Assembly (NCBI GenBank): GCA_964188305.1
Contig: OZ076887.1
Source of the DNA: Podarcis bocagei
Taxonomy: Eukaryota
Direction: 5' to 3' (one strand)
Length of the DNA stretch: 64,000 nucleotides
In this document: piece after piece, positions 1 through 13,859 of the stretch
How positions within the stretch are numbered: the stretch's first letter is position 1
How the letters are laid out: each line of letters opens with the position of its first letter
Made by a program: the position numbers and the translations under genes
The notes under the pieces: model-generated
The model's database searches: none
The model's input: the letters and a program-made list of their open reading frames with translations, nothing else
What the model was told of the DNA's origin: nothing

Positions 1-2018
1 CAGCAAAGCAATACTTTGCATGTAAAACACACATTCAAAGTATTGCTGGGTCGCTATTTTCGGCCAAGCTTCTTTCAACCATGCACAAGACAGAGAGTTG
101 AAAACATAATCCCTTTGAAAACAGGCAGGAGAAATTTCCCCTAAGTTTTGGAGCAGGACAGGCAACTAGACAAAGTGGTGGGGGTGTCTCCCCCCCCTCC
201 CAGTTTCAACTTTTTTAAAATAATCCCTGTAGCTGCCTGTATCCCGCATGTTCTGGAACACTCATGGGAAATAACACTCTCTCTCTGCTCTTAAGGAACA
301 GTCCCTACCCCCAAAAAAGTTCTTCTAACTCACTTTCCCAATCCACACCTAAAGATTTGCCTAAGGAGTATTCTTCAGAATTTAGTATTTGCAAACAGCT
401 AGCCAATATGACCAATAACTAGCTGTGACAAGGAGCATAGCACACGATATAGGAAAGAGGCCAGTTAACACAAGCCGCACACAGTAGCGAACAAAGCTTG
501 GCTCTCTGAGCAGCCCCAGAAGGATGCAGAATTTTCTACTTGAGGTTCTCTCAAGTGAAACTGTACCTTAGAAACTGAACCTTAAAAGTTCACAGCATAG
601 GGGACCCATAGATAAAAGTTATTTTTTTCTGAGAGCGTACTATGGATTCTTCATCAGTATGCTGACTGGAGTCCGACATATTCGACTCTGAGAACAACAA
701 AGGGTTGGGAACACATGATTCCCTTTTACAAGGGAGTTGGGAACATGTGATTCCTTCTATGCCTGAAGTGCATGCTCACAGAAGACAGCCTTGTGGATAA
801 AACAGTTGGATAGAACAGTTAATCAATTCAGGTGGCTTGACACAGGTTTTAAAAAGGCAGATTGCAAAATATCTAAAAGAAAGAGGTTATCTAAAAAGCA
901 AATGTCCCAAAAGACTGCTGAGGTCCGAAGTCAAAGGGCAATATTCTACAAAAGAAGGATTTCATCTGTCCTTCCTGCTGATTGATTTTAGCAACTGATA
1001 TCACTGTCTCATAAAGGGGACAACTCTATCAGTTGCTCAGAACTACCCTACATCTCCAAGCCAGGTAAATACAACCTGGCTTTTATTCTTTACAGCAGGA
1101 ATGGGGAACCCATTTCAGCCTATGGGCAGCATTATTTTCTGGGCAAGCTTCCAGGGACAATATGCCAGTGGTGCGCTGTAACAGAGGCAAAAGCAAGCAG
1201 AGTAATGAATGTAAATTTTGTCTTTGTACAATAGGCTAGTCTCTACACACACTCCCATACTCTTTTCTATCCTCAAGAAGGGTGCAAAGCGAAGAACGGG
1301 TGTAGCTGGTGAGGGGATCTGAAATGGGGGGGGGGTTCCCCAGAAATTCTGTAGTGTCGGGTTTCCCGCTTTTTTTGACACATTCTTTATTCATCAAATA
1401 TCAAACACAAATAGCTAGAAAAGCAGCTAGAAAAATATCAGACGGAGCACAGAAAAACAAACCACCAAAAATTTAGCAGGTTAAGCAGTGCCAGGCATGA
1501 GTATGAAAAGAGGTATTGCAATATTTTAATACATTAACTTGTAACAGCAGGATGTTAAACAGATGGACTTCGCATACTTGACGGTTGGAACCAGGGAATT
1601 AAAGGCTTAAGTCTGCATAGCCAGCTTTCCCTTGCAGGCCTTTATACATATTCCAGTAATCTCATATGGCTGCTAGGGCAGAACAGTTATAATTTTAAAA
1701 GAAACCTCAATCAGCTCAGATATCCTCTTCTCCAGACTCTTAGTATGTGTGTCTTTTTAACTCACTGAAACCACAAGATCACCCCTGAATCCAAAGTTTA
1801 GTTTAACCCGTCATTACCTCTGCACTTCTTGGTAACAGTTTCTCTGTTTCAGCATATTTGATTATTATTACAAGTAGAAATATCACTGAACTGTGTGTCA
1901 TTTCCCCTAATTCTTTTCCGGCTTGAAACAGGAAAACAAATTATGAACATGCACAGTTAATGCCTATGCTGGCCTTTGAATAATAGACAGTTGATGGCCT
2001 CTGATCTTAACTTTTTAA

Positions 2019-2030
2019 TGTGTGTGTGTG

Positions 2031-2078
<48 letters not shown>
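2019..2078. repeat. (TG)n(GA)n microsatellite
   Basis: Seen directly. Confidence 0.95.
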
Positions 2079-2083
<5 letters not shown>

Positions 2084-2209
2084 TAAACTAATTTGATTTT
2101 TTAAAAAAATGGTATAGTGGTAAATAATATTTGTATAAAGAAATATAGATGTGATGAACTGGAAAGCGATACTACTCTTCTTAACTATAAATGTTTACAT
2201 ATGATTAGC

Positions 2210-3138
2210 ACTTCCCAAGGGAATTGAAGGAGGCAGTGGTCCGCCCGCTCTTAAAGAAAACATCATTAGATCCTTTAGATCTATCCAATTACCGCCCGGT
2301 TTCGAACCTTCCATTCCTTGGTAAGGTGATTGAGAGAGCGGTTGCTGAACAGCTTGGTGGGTTTCTGGATGAAACATCGGCTCTGGATCCATTCCCGTCC
2401 GACTTCCGCGCTGGTCACGGGACCAAGACGGCTCTGGTCGCCCTAACAGATGATCTCCGTAGGCAGCTGGATTGAGGCGGGTCGGGGCTGCTGATTCTTC
2501 TAGATATGTCAGCAGCTTTCGACATGGTCGATCACGAACTCCTGGACCACCGCCTTGCCGACGTGGGGATCCAGGGCACAGTCCTTCAATGGCTGCGCTC
2601 GTTTCTCTCTGGTCGGGGACAGAGGGTGGCGCTTGGGGGGGAACTGTCATCGCGCCACTCCTTGGTGTGTGGAGTGCCTCAGGGTGCAATACTCTCCCCA
2701 ATGCTTTTCAACATCTTTATGCGCCCCCTCGCCCAGAGTTTTGGGCTGGGCTGCCATCAGTATGCTGACGACACCCAACTCTATCTGTTGATGGATGGCC
2801 ATCCTGACTCGGCCCCAGACACACTGACCAGATGTTTGGAAGCTGTGGCTGGGAGCCGGTTGAAGTTAAATCCTTCGAAGACAGAGGTCCTTTGGCTGGG
2901 AAGGGACGATATGGGATTGGGAGGGCAACTCCCATCTCTTGCAGGGGCGCAATTACTGCCAGCACCATCCGTTAAGAGTTTGGGTATAATCTTCGACACC
3001 TCCCTTTCCATGGAGGCGCAGATTGCAGCTACAACAAAGGCGGCGTTTTTTCATCTCCGCCAAGCTAAGCAGTTGGCTCCTTACCTCTCTCGCCCTGACC
3101 TAGCCACTGTGATCCACGCGACGGTCACCTCCAGACTG
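2210..3138 (+). mobile_element. L2/CR1-group LINE ORF2 reverse-transcriptase fragment
   Basis: NYRPVSNLPFLGK, GVPQGAILSP, YADDTQLY motifs; ORFs at 2224 and 2506 share a frame, separated by one TGA (2473-2475); truncated at both ends. Confidence 0.9.
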
Positions 3139-3144
3139 GAGAAC

Positions 3145-3275
3145 AGACATGGGGAACCCGTGGTCCTCCAAATGTTGCTGGAACACAATGCCCATCATCC
3201 CTGACCACTGGGTGGGGCTGATGGGAGCTGGAATTTGATGGCACCTGGAGGGCCCAGGCACCCCAATGCTGCCCT
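3145..3275. mobile_element. Short fold-back MITE (hAT-like squamate family)
   Basis: ctccaaatgttgctgg...cccatca / tgatggg...cctggag arms; related copies at 14701, 15586, 28470 and 49290. Confidence 0.55.
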
Positions 3276-3730
3276 AGGATCACCTGAAGCTACTGAAGCT
3301 AAGCAGGGGAAAACCTGATCAGTGCCTCATGGGAAAGCTACTGAGAGTCTCACATAAGCAACTTCAACACATCTCCCCTCCACCCTTTTGCCCTTGCAAA
3401 TGGCTCACTCATCCCATTTGTAACATGCGACTGCAGCAGACCTGCATTTAGACACGGGCCTGTCACTGTCACGTACGGTTTGGCGCTACTTTATAGGGAC
3501 ATGACCCAGCCAAACCTGAGCACTACTAAGTCCTGCTGATTTTCATGGGCTGAGAGCTAAACAACTTCTCCGCCTGATTCAGTAAATTATGCCCTCTGCC
3601 TTAAAAAATAATAACGGTAAAAATAGCTGAGTTGTAGGAGGCCAGGAGGCAACCACCACTTAGTATCTTCTCCAGTCTACAAATATGAGCAATGGAAGAA
3701 GGAAATGGAGAAGACAGTTACTCATCTTAC

Positions 3731-3854
3731 CCAGGGTATTCTGGATTTCATCTTTGTCTGGCAGTAACTCTCCCCTGGTGTCAAAAAGCACTTCGGCAGC
3801 TTTTTTCAGTTTCTCTACAGCAACCTGGTGACCGGACACCTGCCCCTGAAGCAC
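3731..3854 (-). CDS. DST: DST spectrin-repeat exon ([10 protein letters not shown]...IQNTL)
   Basis: tttacag acceptor, G|GTAAGA donor, 124 bp; next exon not found in 1-3730. Confidence 0.93.
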
Positions 3855-4625
3855 CTGTAAAAATGTACAATTTTTCAATTCTACTGCTTGCTAACTTGTG
3901 TGTGTATGTACACACAGGCACACAATAACAGTAAGATCGGTTTGGCAGACACCATTAAACATCTTACAGATGACAATACACATCTTGCTCTGCTGGGGAA
4001 CTTCTGAGCAGAATCCAGTTGGCTACTCGGGATGATAGAAAGCTGCACTAAATGAAACCATGAGCTGATCCAAAATAGGCACTTCTTGACACGAGCAAAC
4101 GCAATTTGCAGCCCAAGATATTTTGCTTATTGCCCTTTTTTTGCATAGCTCCCGCTTACTACAATGGGACTTACGCAATGACTATGCTTTTCATGCTATA
4201 CATTAAAATTGCAACTTGGCTACCACCATGATAAGCATTTCATTAAAAAAAAAAGAAAAACAGGCTCTCCTAACCAACTGCCATAAACAGAGCTTCCCTG
4301 TCACATAAAAGCAGTTACCCATCCATGGGAAGAGAGTTTTGTTATTAAAAACGCAATCTGTGATGTCAGTCGGCCTTTGGGGTGGTAAAGTGGGCAGGCT
4401 GCAGATGGAAAGCCCTCTCTGTTCTGCCTATAGCGCTACTTCTGCTTTATGTCGCAAGAGATAACTTTTGTCGGGAACCAGGAGGATTTGGAGGAAAGAA
4501 CTCCAGATAAAGAGAATGTTTCATCTACCTTAATCCAGTTATCTTTTTTTAAAAAAACAAACAAAAAAACTTCTTATGAAGAAGTGTCCATGTTGTTGTT
4601 GTTGTTTCCTCTCTCCACACAAATA

Positions 4626-4843
4626 CGGTGGTACCTCTGGTTAAGAACTCAATCGGTTCTGGAGGTCCATTCTTAACCTGAAACCGTTCTTAACCTGAGG
4701 TACCACTTTAGCTAATGGGGCCTCCTGCTGCTGCCACCGCACGATTTCTGTTCTCATCCTGAGGTAAAGTTCTTAACCTGAGGTACTACTTCTGGGTTAG
4801 CAGAGTCCGTAACCCAAAGTGTTTGTAAACCGAGGTACCACTG
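4626..4843. mobile_element. Tigger/TcMar-type MITE
   Basis: TA-CGGTGGTACCTC...GAGGTACCACTG-TA terminal inverted repeats with TA duplication; same family as 59491-59721. Confidence 0.85.
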
Positions 4844-5971
4844 TACTTGAATTGTGATTTTTTCCCCGTTGCCAACGTGATACAGTGACTCCGAGTTGGA
4901 GTGCTGGGCTTGGACCGAGGAGCCCGGGGCCAAATCCTTGCTAAACTATGGCTTTTTTTCAGTCAGAACATTCTGGAATGCTGGTTATTCAATATAAACT
5001 GGAGTCATAGTTTAGCACAGTGCTTTTTTTCTAGACAAAAATGTGTCAGAATGCACCTCCCTCAGAAGGCCCACCCCAGAGCACCAAGAGGATCTCTTTG
5101 GACTTGTGTGTGGGGGGGTGTCTCCTCACGAGCCAAAGGCTTGTTGAGGATGCTTATCTGAGGTGAGTCTTCCTCGCCTCAGCTGAGCAGCTTAATGAGT
5201 CCCTGCCCCCACCTCCTTGGCTCTCATGAGCAATGGGGCTTGCTCAGCTGAGCAGCGGCATTCCCACGTGTTAGCTGGCAGGGTGTTATATTGAGTCACT
5301 CATTATCTCTCAATATAATCTACCTTGCAGGGGTGTGGTGAGGATAAAAAGGAGTAAAAACATATACACTGTCCTGATTCTACTTCTGGTTCTCTTAGAC
5401 AGACACTGTTGGTCCCTGATGAGGCCACTTGCCCTTTCAATGTCCTTTCTGAATTTACTGGGTTTTGTTTTGTTGAGAGGGTTTTTTTGGGGGTGGGGTA
5501 TTGCTTACACTTTCTGTCAGTTTTATTTCCGTAGAAATATTTATGTCCGTAGAAAAAAAGCACGGATCAGATCCGAGCATGAGTGGTGGGTCCGTCGTCC
5601 CCCCCCCCCCCGGTACCATGTATTGACACCATGAGATGGATGTTTTGGCCCACAACTGTTCCTTAGCTTTCCAAATGTGCACCCAGGTTCAAAAAGGTTC
5701 GGGACCCCTGTCATATAGCCACAATAACCACTTGGGGTCCCATGAACAAGCCAAAGAGATAATGATCAAAAAAGTGTCATTGACAGGACACTTCCAGGTT
5801 TCCCTTGTAACAATCAGCATTATTTTTTTCTCTATCTGACATGTTCAACTAATGTCCCCCACCACCACCACCAAACACACATACACCAAAGGGGAACATG
5901 GCCTTCCTTTATTATATAAAGTGCTTTTTCTTAAAATACAACAGCTCTGGATGTTTTTTCACTTGGTTTAC

Positions 5972-6148
5972 CTTGGTTTCTTCCAGTTGTCTCTGGAGAT
6001 TTTTTGGATCTACAGCAACTGCCTCAGACAACTGTTTATTCACAGCTTCTTCAGAGGCCTGAAGTCCTGTCAGAAGCCCAGATGAGGTGTCCTCATAATT
6101 CTGATATTTATCTACCAGATCTTTGAGGTTATTTCCAAGGATACTGCA
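5972..6148 (-). CDS. DST: DST spectrin-repeat exon ([15 protein letters not shown]...QLEETK)
   Basis: cttctag acceptor, AAG|GTAAAC donor, 177 bp. Confidence 0.94.
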
Positions 6149-7904
6149 CTAGAAGTGCCCAGAGAGAAAACGGTATTCAAGAATGGAAATTTTAAAGCAT
6201 TTGTATATAATATTACTAGCTAAAAGCTTTAGGCAATTTGAAAACATCTTGTAACAGTAATTCAAATACTCTGCTTAGCTCGTACTGCAAGCTATTTATG
6301 CAATGATAACAATGCCTTTTCATACTGCTCCAGTATCGGCTGAACATGGAAAGCACACACAAGCCTGCATTGTCTGACACCCTAAACCAAACCCTTTTCC
6401 TGCTGCACTGCATCAAGCAAAGCGAAGGTTTGGCTTAGAGTGTGTTGTATGAACCAAGACTTTTGTTTAAACTTCCCTCCTCACTAACTTCTGACACTCA
6501 TGTGAGAGGTTTTTATTGCAACTGGCTCCATCTAGTGGTCAAATTTGAATAGCCAGACATGTAGGATTTGGAGACAAAATCATAACCTGGAAGTTTGTAT
6601 ATCCTGAGAAGACCTAAGTTTTAGAAGTTTGAGTTAAATGAACAAAATAAGAATTCCAGAATAAAATTATTTTGTGTGTTGGCTATTGTGTATCTCAGTT
6701 TTTATCTCTCTTCCATCACCACATATGTACAATGGTGGTGTTTTAGCTATAATATGAAGCCCAGCACAATGCAAAGCAGTAGTCAAAGTGGTGCCTGCTG
6801 ATGTCTGGCAGCCATATGAAACTTCTAGTCGATTTCTAGATTATCATTTGTGGCAAGGGCTGAACCTGTGGCTACGTGGTAATCTTATGGCATCGCCCAG
6901 ATTTCTGCTTACCACACCACCACAGAATGTCACCTGAGTGGCAAAGCTTTGATCTGTGCTTTGGGCACATATTGAAGCAATCAGACTGCTGCCTTAGGGG
7001 TGTTCAGGCATTCACCAAAACATGTGGACTGTTAAAAGTGTGGACAGGGGTGCACACACAAGCCCCACTCCCCAATGTCCTCACATACATCACACTACTG
7101 CAGTCCCCAGCCTTCCACGTTGCACAGAGGAAGTGTGCCAGGGGCTTATACTTCTGCCAACTTGCACACAAAAAGACTCCTCCATGCAACTGAGGACACT
7201 GCTTTATCAGAGTTCAACTCTTTATAAGAGTTCTACTTGAATTCTAGTGAACATGAGTAGAAGTCACCTGCAGAATGCTTATTAGCACATCACAGGAAAG
7301 CTCAACAACTGAGGACACTGGGGATGGAGTGTGTGTTTGTGTGTGTTTGTGTGTCCCTGCTCCCACCCACTTTCTGTATTCATGTGTTCAGGCACTTAAA
7401 GATACTCTTTTTAACGCACTAAAAGGGCTGTTTAAATAGCTACAGAGACCAAATTTGGTTCTAAGTTGTCTCAGAGCACACATTTAAAAGCCTCAGAGTA
7501 AATGGTAAGAAAACAAATGGGATTCCCTGAGAAGATCAAATATTGTGCAATACAGAAAAATATACAGAATAGGGCAGTTTAGTATTTCACATAACCACCC
7601 CCACCATATATCATTAAATAAAGCCAGTACACTAACATTAAAGCTGCAATCCTAAGCAAACTTTCTAGGGAGCAAGTTCCATTAAATACAGCGGGACTTA
7701 CTTCTGAAGAAACATGCAATGAATTGAACCGCAAGATTTAAACATGGTTTAGGGATGATGAGGAATACTTCCAAGTCTAATTAACATGACAGCAGTTATG
7801 CTCACAAATTCACTGTGAGAACCCTGATTATATCCAGGTTTTGAATGTGATTTTAGGATCGTATCTGGTTCTGCTGTAAATTGGTTTGGCAATGCTCACA
7901 AGTG

Positions 7905-8120
7905 ATGCATGAGAATGTCAGGCTAGGACATGAGAGAATCTGGCTGAAATCCCTACTTAGCCATGAAGCTCAGTGGGTGACCCTGGGCCAGTCCCACTCA
8001 CTCACAGCCTAACCTACCTAACCTACTTTTCAGCTTGTGAGAATAAACTGCGGTCGGGTGGGGGTAGAGACTATGCTTGCCACCCTGAGCTCACGGAGAA
8101 AGTGTAAGATAAAAATGAAG
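7905..8120 (+). mobile_element. Degenerate tRNA-related (MIR-like/Squam-type) SINE
   Basis: ccatgaagctcagtgggtgaccctgggccagtc, cagcctaacctacc and gtgagaataaa core; A-rich end. Confidence 0.55.
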
Positions 8121-8398
8121 TGAGTAACGACAAAAAGTGGGAACAAGAGACTGTAGAAACTCACAAACTGAGAGTGAAAGGGAGAAACCTAAACCCTAAT
8201 CCTGCTTCCTCAATTCAGTTATACATTTTGCCTGATAAAGGGAAAACATAAGATACAGAGAGATGCAGCAACAAAATACCCTTAGACAGGCTCCTCCTCT
8301 ACAGAAAGCATTCTGCTTTTAATTTCATGTAACAATTCAGTGAACTAAAAGGTTTATCTCATGGATACACATTCCACATGAATTCACACTCAATTTAC

Positions 8399-8944
8399 CT
8401 TAGAGTAGAGAGATTTGAAGCGACCAGTTGCACTATCCAGCTTATTCTGTACCTCAATGTAAGTCGAAGAAGTATCAATACCTTCCTTGTCATATTTGAC
8501 ACCTTCTCTTTTATTACACGATTTAGCAGCATCCAATACTCTCTGTCCAGAAATGGTGATGTACCGCAAGTCCCCTTTGTGAGAAATGACATCTTCCGAA
8601 AAACTCTTCTGCCTTTTCAGTTTGATGATAATCCCATTAAAGTCAGATGCACCTGTTTCCAGGTTATCAAGTTCCTGCTCTCCCTGCTGCAGCCAGCTTT
8701 CAAACTCGCCATAGTCCGCGTCAAACTTCTCAAGCTCCTCCTGCAAAGAGCGAGTCAACTTCAGCTTCTGCTCCGACTCCGCTAAGGCAGTTTCATACTG
8801 CACCTTCAGTTCCTTCATATTCCTTTGAATCTTCTCCTTTTCCTCTGGAGAAAGATGGTGTCCTTGCTTCTCAAGCAGGGCTTGGGTTGACTGTGTAGCT
8901 ATTATGACAGCTTGCTGCTGGGAAATAATTTTCTCATGCTGAGC
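8399..8944 (-). CDS. DST: DST spectrin-repeat exon ([11 protein letters not shown]...KSLYSK)
   Basis: acccag acceptor, AAG|GTAAAT donor, 546 bp; [20 protein letters not shown]. Confidence 0.95.
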
Positions 8945-9728
8945 CTGGGTGGGAAAAGCGGCAGGGAATCAAAACGTACATATATAATTAGCAGTGCAAT
9001 CTGTAATGTGTCCGATTCTTAGGAAATGTACTTAACGGTGGTTCAGAAACATTAAACAAATCAAAATGCTATATGCTGCAGATGTACCAACCAACTATAT
9101 TCCTACTTCCCAATCGCAAGAACAAATCACCTACATTAAAATATCCCAATACACACACAAAGGCTTCTTCAATGGCTTCATGTTAGGGGTAGTTCCATTT
9201 ATGCACGGACGTGCCTGCATGGAGCTACCCATAACACTGAGGCTTTTGAGAGAGACCTTGTGCTTAAAGAGAGCTGTGTGCGGCCACTGGCATTCCGATG
9301 GATGTAAGATGTGCTAAGGCTGGGCTGTTTGGGCATGCTTGTCAATACTTCCCACTTTGGCCTGCCTTTATTTTCCACAGCTTTGAGCACTTACAACACA
9401 GAAGATAAAGATGAAAATGCTCTACTGGTTCATTAGATAAGAGCTAGGAAATAAATATGCTCTGAGGCTTGTAGTGCAGTGAGAGGTGGTGAAATCACCT
9501 CCCACGAAATCATTCTAGAGATTCCTTGGTATGAAAAGCAGAGATCTAGGGGTGGACCAGATTATGTCTCCTGGCTGCACTTGGCTTTTGCTTTGTACGT
9601 TTCAAGGCCACCACAACAGCTGGCAATGCTGGCTCCACGGCACATGAGGTGAGTTTGTATCAACCCTCATTTCTTTTCCAGGACAAGCGTGAATTGATGA
9701 AGCAATTAGTATTATACATGTGTAGTAC

Positions 9729-10013
9729 CTTGGCTTTCTGATATTGCATGTTGAGATTATCTTCTGAGGGCTTCAGTTGTCCATCCACGTGAGTTTCATT
9801 CTGTTGTTGGATTTCCATCAAGTTGCCATTGACTTCATCATCTTCTCCAGCCAACTCTTCCACCTCTCCTTCTTGGAAATGGTTGCCATTCTGTTTAATT
9901 GCTGGCTTGCCTTTCTTGCCCCCATGTTCAGCATCCTTGTCGACCTTTGACAACCAGTCCAGAAGGTTCTCTATTGTGCTTTTACTCTCCTCTAGCTGTT
10001 CTCTAGCTGCAAC
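9729..10013 (-). CDS. DST: DST spectrin-repeat exon (VAAREQLEESK...QYQKAK)
   Basis: gtgcag acceptor, AAG|GTACTA donor, 285 bp. Confidence 0.93.
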
Positions 10014-10647
10014 CTGCACGATTAAAGTTCAAGCTCGAATCTTACGCAGTCATGAAAAGTTCAAATGCAGATATTCATGATATTGCAAACAAGGGTATAC
10101 TAATACATTTGGGAGGGGGTTAGTGGGACTTTTTCTCCTACTGGTCATGTGCAAACATCTGCAGAATGATGCAGTGTGCCTGCACTTCTGTATGCTTAGG
10201 AAAAATGAGGAAAAACTAAAATGAATTATTATTCCTATTGTTTAAAGGATCCTCCCTTGGGAGGAAAGACTTATGGAACCAGATGTTTACAGGCCACATT
10301 CACATTAGTGAAAGTCTGCACAAGGATTTTAGCTAGTGCAATGGGACTTTCCTTCTCTGCACTCTGCCCCAAAAAAGGAAAAAAATGGCTAGGGGCAGTT
10401 GGGAGAACCCTCAGAACAGAATACGGGGGGGGGGGGGGACATCTGGCAAGCAGAACTGTTTATGCTGAAGCAACTATCTCCTGAGTGCTACACTGAATTG
10501 CTCTATATGTTCCTTTCTTTTGGGAAGCAAATACTGACAATTCCAGATGCATTTGGTGAATGTCTGAAAATAAATAGATGCATTTCCCTACATACACACA
10601 GTGAAATAATAATAATAATAATACTGACAATCAATTCCTTGAGTTTT

Positions 10648-10707
10648 CAGACATTCACAAACATTGTCAGACATTGTCAGACATTGTCAGACATTCAGAC
10701 ATTGTCT
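10648..10707. repeat. 10-bp tandem repeat (CAGACATTGT)n, ~6 imperfect copies
   Basis: Seen directly. Confidence 0.8.
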
Positions 10708-10788
10708 GGGATGGTCAGCATTCACATGCAAGGAAAAATTATAGCAATGAACCATTTTTAAATAAATATTAAATGGTTGCCAAAGAAC

Positions 10789-11022
10789 CTTTTCTGTTTC
10801 TTGCTTAATAGCTGTTGTCACGGCTTTATCCAGCTGTTTCCTGGACTCCTCTGCCTTCTGGCTAAGCAGCAAACACTTGGTCTTGGCTTCATTAAGCTTC
10901 TTTTCAAGAGCAGTCTTGTCTTCTTGTCGCAGCTTTTCTCCATTTTCTTTCAAAAACATCTCCGTATTTTTCACAATTTCTGCCAGTGCCTGTGTATTTG
11001 CTTGCATATCTTTCTGTAGCTC
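10789..11022 (-). CDS. DST: DST spectrin-repeat exon (ELQKDMQ...IKQETEK)
   Basis: ttccag acceptor, AAG|GTTCTT donor, 234 bp. Confidence 0.93.
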
Positions 11023-11651
11023 CTGGAAAGGGGGGGCGGGGAATCAACAATAAAAAAAATCAGAAGGAAGAGTTATCCATTTATTTTTTCACTTCGAAAG
11101 CCCCTTTTCTAAGGTACACGCTGGATTTGCCTTCACATTTCATGAAAATGGCAACAAGAGAGTAACAATTGCTAAATTTCTACAAGACTGAGATCGAGAC
11201 CTCTGCTCCATACTGGTAAAGAGTGGAACTTCCTGAAACACAATTTCTTCCCTGATAATTAGAGGCTAACTGACCCACCACTCAGGGGCCAACCCTACCA
11301 TGAGGCAATGTGAGGCAGTCGCTTCAAGCAGCAGATACAGAGGGTAGAGTTTTCATATTACACAGTATCATTCCATTTGAGCCACTCGGGCATCCCCCTC
11401 TGTGGGAGGACAAGGTAGCATGTGCCACAGGGCCTGCCCTGTATCCCCAAGCTAGCCTGCTGACCTATGGTATGGTGGAGATGTTAGGAAAACATTCTTA
11501 AAGAAACAGATAAAGGTTCCTGGAAGCTTTAAAGAGGGTTCCAGAATTTACTTTCGTGTGTAGGAGTGGCACTCTAGGCTTGACTGGTGTCAGCTGGAGG
11601 TGCAAATAAAGGGAGGAAGTTGCAGACTGCAATTTCAGCATGACAAAAGCA

Positions 11652-11652
<1 letters not shown>

Positions 11653-11688
<36 letters not shown>
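11653..11688. repeat. (CA)n microsatellite
   Basis: Seen directly. Confidence 0.95.
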
Positions 11689-11690
<2 letters not shown>

Positions 11691-13706
11691 TCAGCACGCA
11701 AGTTGACAATAAGGTTGGAAGTAAGACAATGAGTGCTGCTGATACTGTGAGTTTTGCTGTGTCGGGATTGTTAATTACTGGACTGAGATTATACCGTGCT
11801 GGAGAGATAAATGTAAATAGCTTGTATATAATAGTAACAGAAATGATTGTGCAACCAGTCAAGCAATAAGAAGCTCTTGACTGTGAATTTGAGTATGACT
11901 CCTGTTCTTGTCCTCTGCCTCCAGGGAAAACTCTGCTACAAACAGTAAGAAGTCGTTTTACCGAGGTGCCACTACACTAGCAGAAAAGCGCAGTGCAAGT
12001 GTGTGAGCGGTAACCTCTAATAGGAGAATGCCATCTCACTGGCACAGTTGAAGTAAGATTCAGCTGCTAATCTGGTTGGCATCTGTACATGGAATGGTGT
12101 GTGTGTGTGTGTGTGTGTTTATGTTTGCTATCTTGTCCTTTGCCTCCAGCAGCCAAGAATACTAGATGGCCCTGCCACCACAGCACAAGCCAGCAACTTT
12201 AACCTTTTGGAATTATTCAGAAATAATTTTGTTTACTAACATCTTGCACTGCAAAAAGCTAATATACACAATTCTCTGCATGTTTTAGAAATCTAAAGGA
12301 TCGGTCAAATTGACACATGCATTACAGCTAACTGCATGGCTCACGTCATCACAAGATGCCCTGGGAAGTCAAGGTAAACACACTCTGGCCTTTGCCACTG
12401 ACTAGGGAACAAAGGGCTTCTGGAAGGCTTTATCTCCTGCCTCTCTCTCCCCCTGTCCCCCGCCACAGAAGGGACACCACCACAAGGGAAGTCCACCCTG
12501 ACATTATGCAAAAGCCTGAAATGGGGCAGCTGTGGGGCGTTTGCTTCTCCCTCTCCCTGCAAGAAAGAACACTTGGCTCCAACTGCTAATTATCCAGGAA
12601 CTTCAGGTCAGAAAGGAAGCAAACTCTGACTCCATCCAAGGGACATGAAGCTGATGGGTTGTGTAAGGAATTGTTATTTCAATCACTTGCAAGCTTGCAG
12701 TGATGGTTGTTTAACTGAGAGGGCAAAAAAGAATTCCAAATAAATAAGTAAATAACTAAACGAATCAACTGACTTAGCGCCTTGTATCTCTTAAGCAGTG
12801 AACATTCGCCTGAACTGTTTACTGGCATAAACACAAAATTGCATGCATTGGAGCATTTGGAAGCTGAACGCAAAGAGGTACTTCTTTACAGAGGCTGAGA
12901 ATATTGACTGGAACTACTTGTTTATGTTTTTTAAGTATTCTTTTTTTAATACCCCAAAACTGTTTCACATCCTTCCGCTCCAAAAAGGATTCACTTAAAG
13001 AAGTTAATAAAATATATAGAAACAGACACAAAGGTTTTTTAAAAAACCAATCCATGCATACTTGTTTTAAAGCCGCTGACTGTATTTTGATAAATTTGGT
13101 GTCAACTTGTTTTTAAAGTTTGATTTCGTCAGTATGTTTTAATTAAAGTTTTTTTGTGAGCCACTTAGGAGATTTTTGCTGATAAGGTAGCATAGAAATC
13201 TTGTTAAATAAATAAAAACGAATAAATAAAGTTGTAGGGTTTTTGCGGTAACATTGCTTTTTTGGCTGGTTTGGTCTTTTAACTCGTTTTTACTGCTTTG
13301 GACTTGAAGAAATGAAGGGCGATATCAAGCAATTTTGCATAAGCATATTAACAAACCTCTAAACTAGGGATGATTTTAGCTCTCCTCTTCTACTGCATTG
13401 CTGTTCAGTGGATTCATTTTGCCCCACATTCCTGAGAGCCATTCCAAGATGCTTGTGCAGGCTACATAAGGGGCACTGCTGGAAGGCTACACAAGGGATA
13501 TTGCTAGCACCTCATTGATGACCTACCAACTTTCACACTATAAACTCAACTGGACGTGAGGTGCAAACAGCGAGTCCAAAATATATTTACAGGGCTTGCA
13601 AAATGCTCCCAAGCACATTTACTCAGAAATATTTACAAGTAACTCCAATGTGATTTATAAGGACTGCAGCCTGGCTCTGCTGCCGCCGATTAGTCAAGCA
13701 TGGTAC

Positions 13707-13859
13707 CTCTTGTTTGATCTGATATTGCTGCAACTCTGCCTTGCTATCTTCAATAGCAAGTGCTTCTTTGTGGCCGATCAGCTGGTTTTCCGTCTGTGTA
13801 AGAAGGTCGCATATATCCTGTAATTTTTCTGTGAAATCCTGGTGCTGGTCTGCCAAGTC
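13707..13859 (-). CDS. DST: DST spectrin-repeat exon (DLADQHQDFTEKLQ...QIKQE)
   Basis: aattag acceptor, GAG|GTACCA donor, 153 bp. Confidence 0.93.

Noticed and set aside
698-760. Two ~31-bp imperfect direct repeats (aaggg..ttgggaaca..tgattcc)
   Set aside because: Ordinary local tandem duplication with no further structure.
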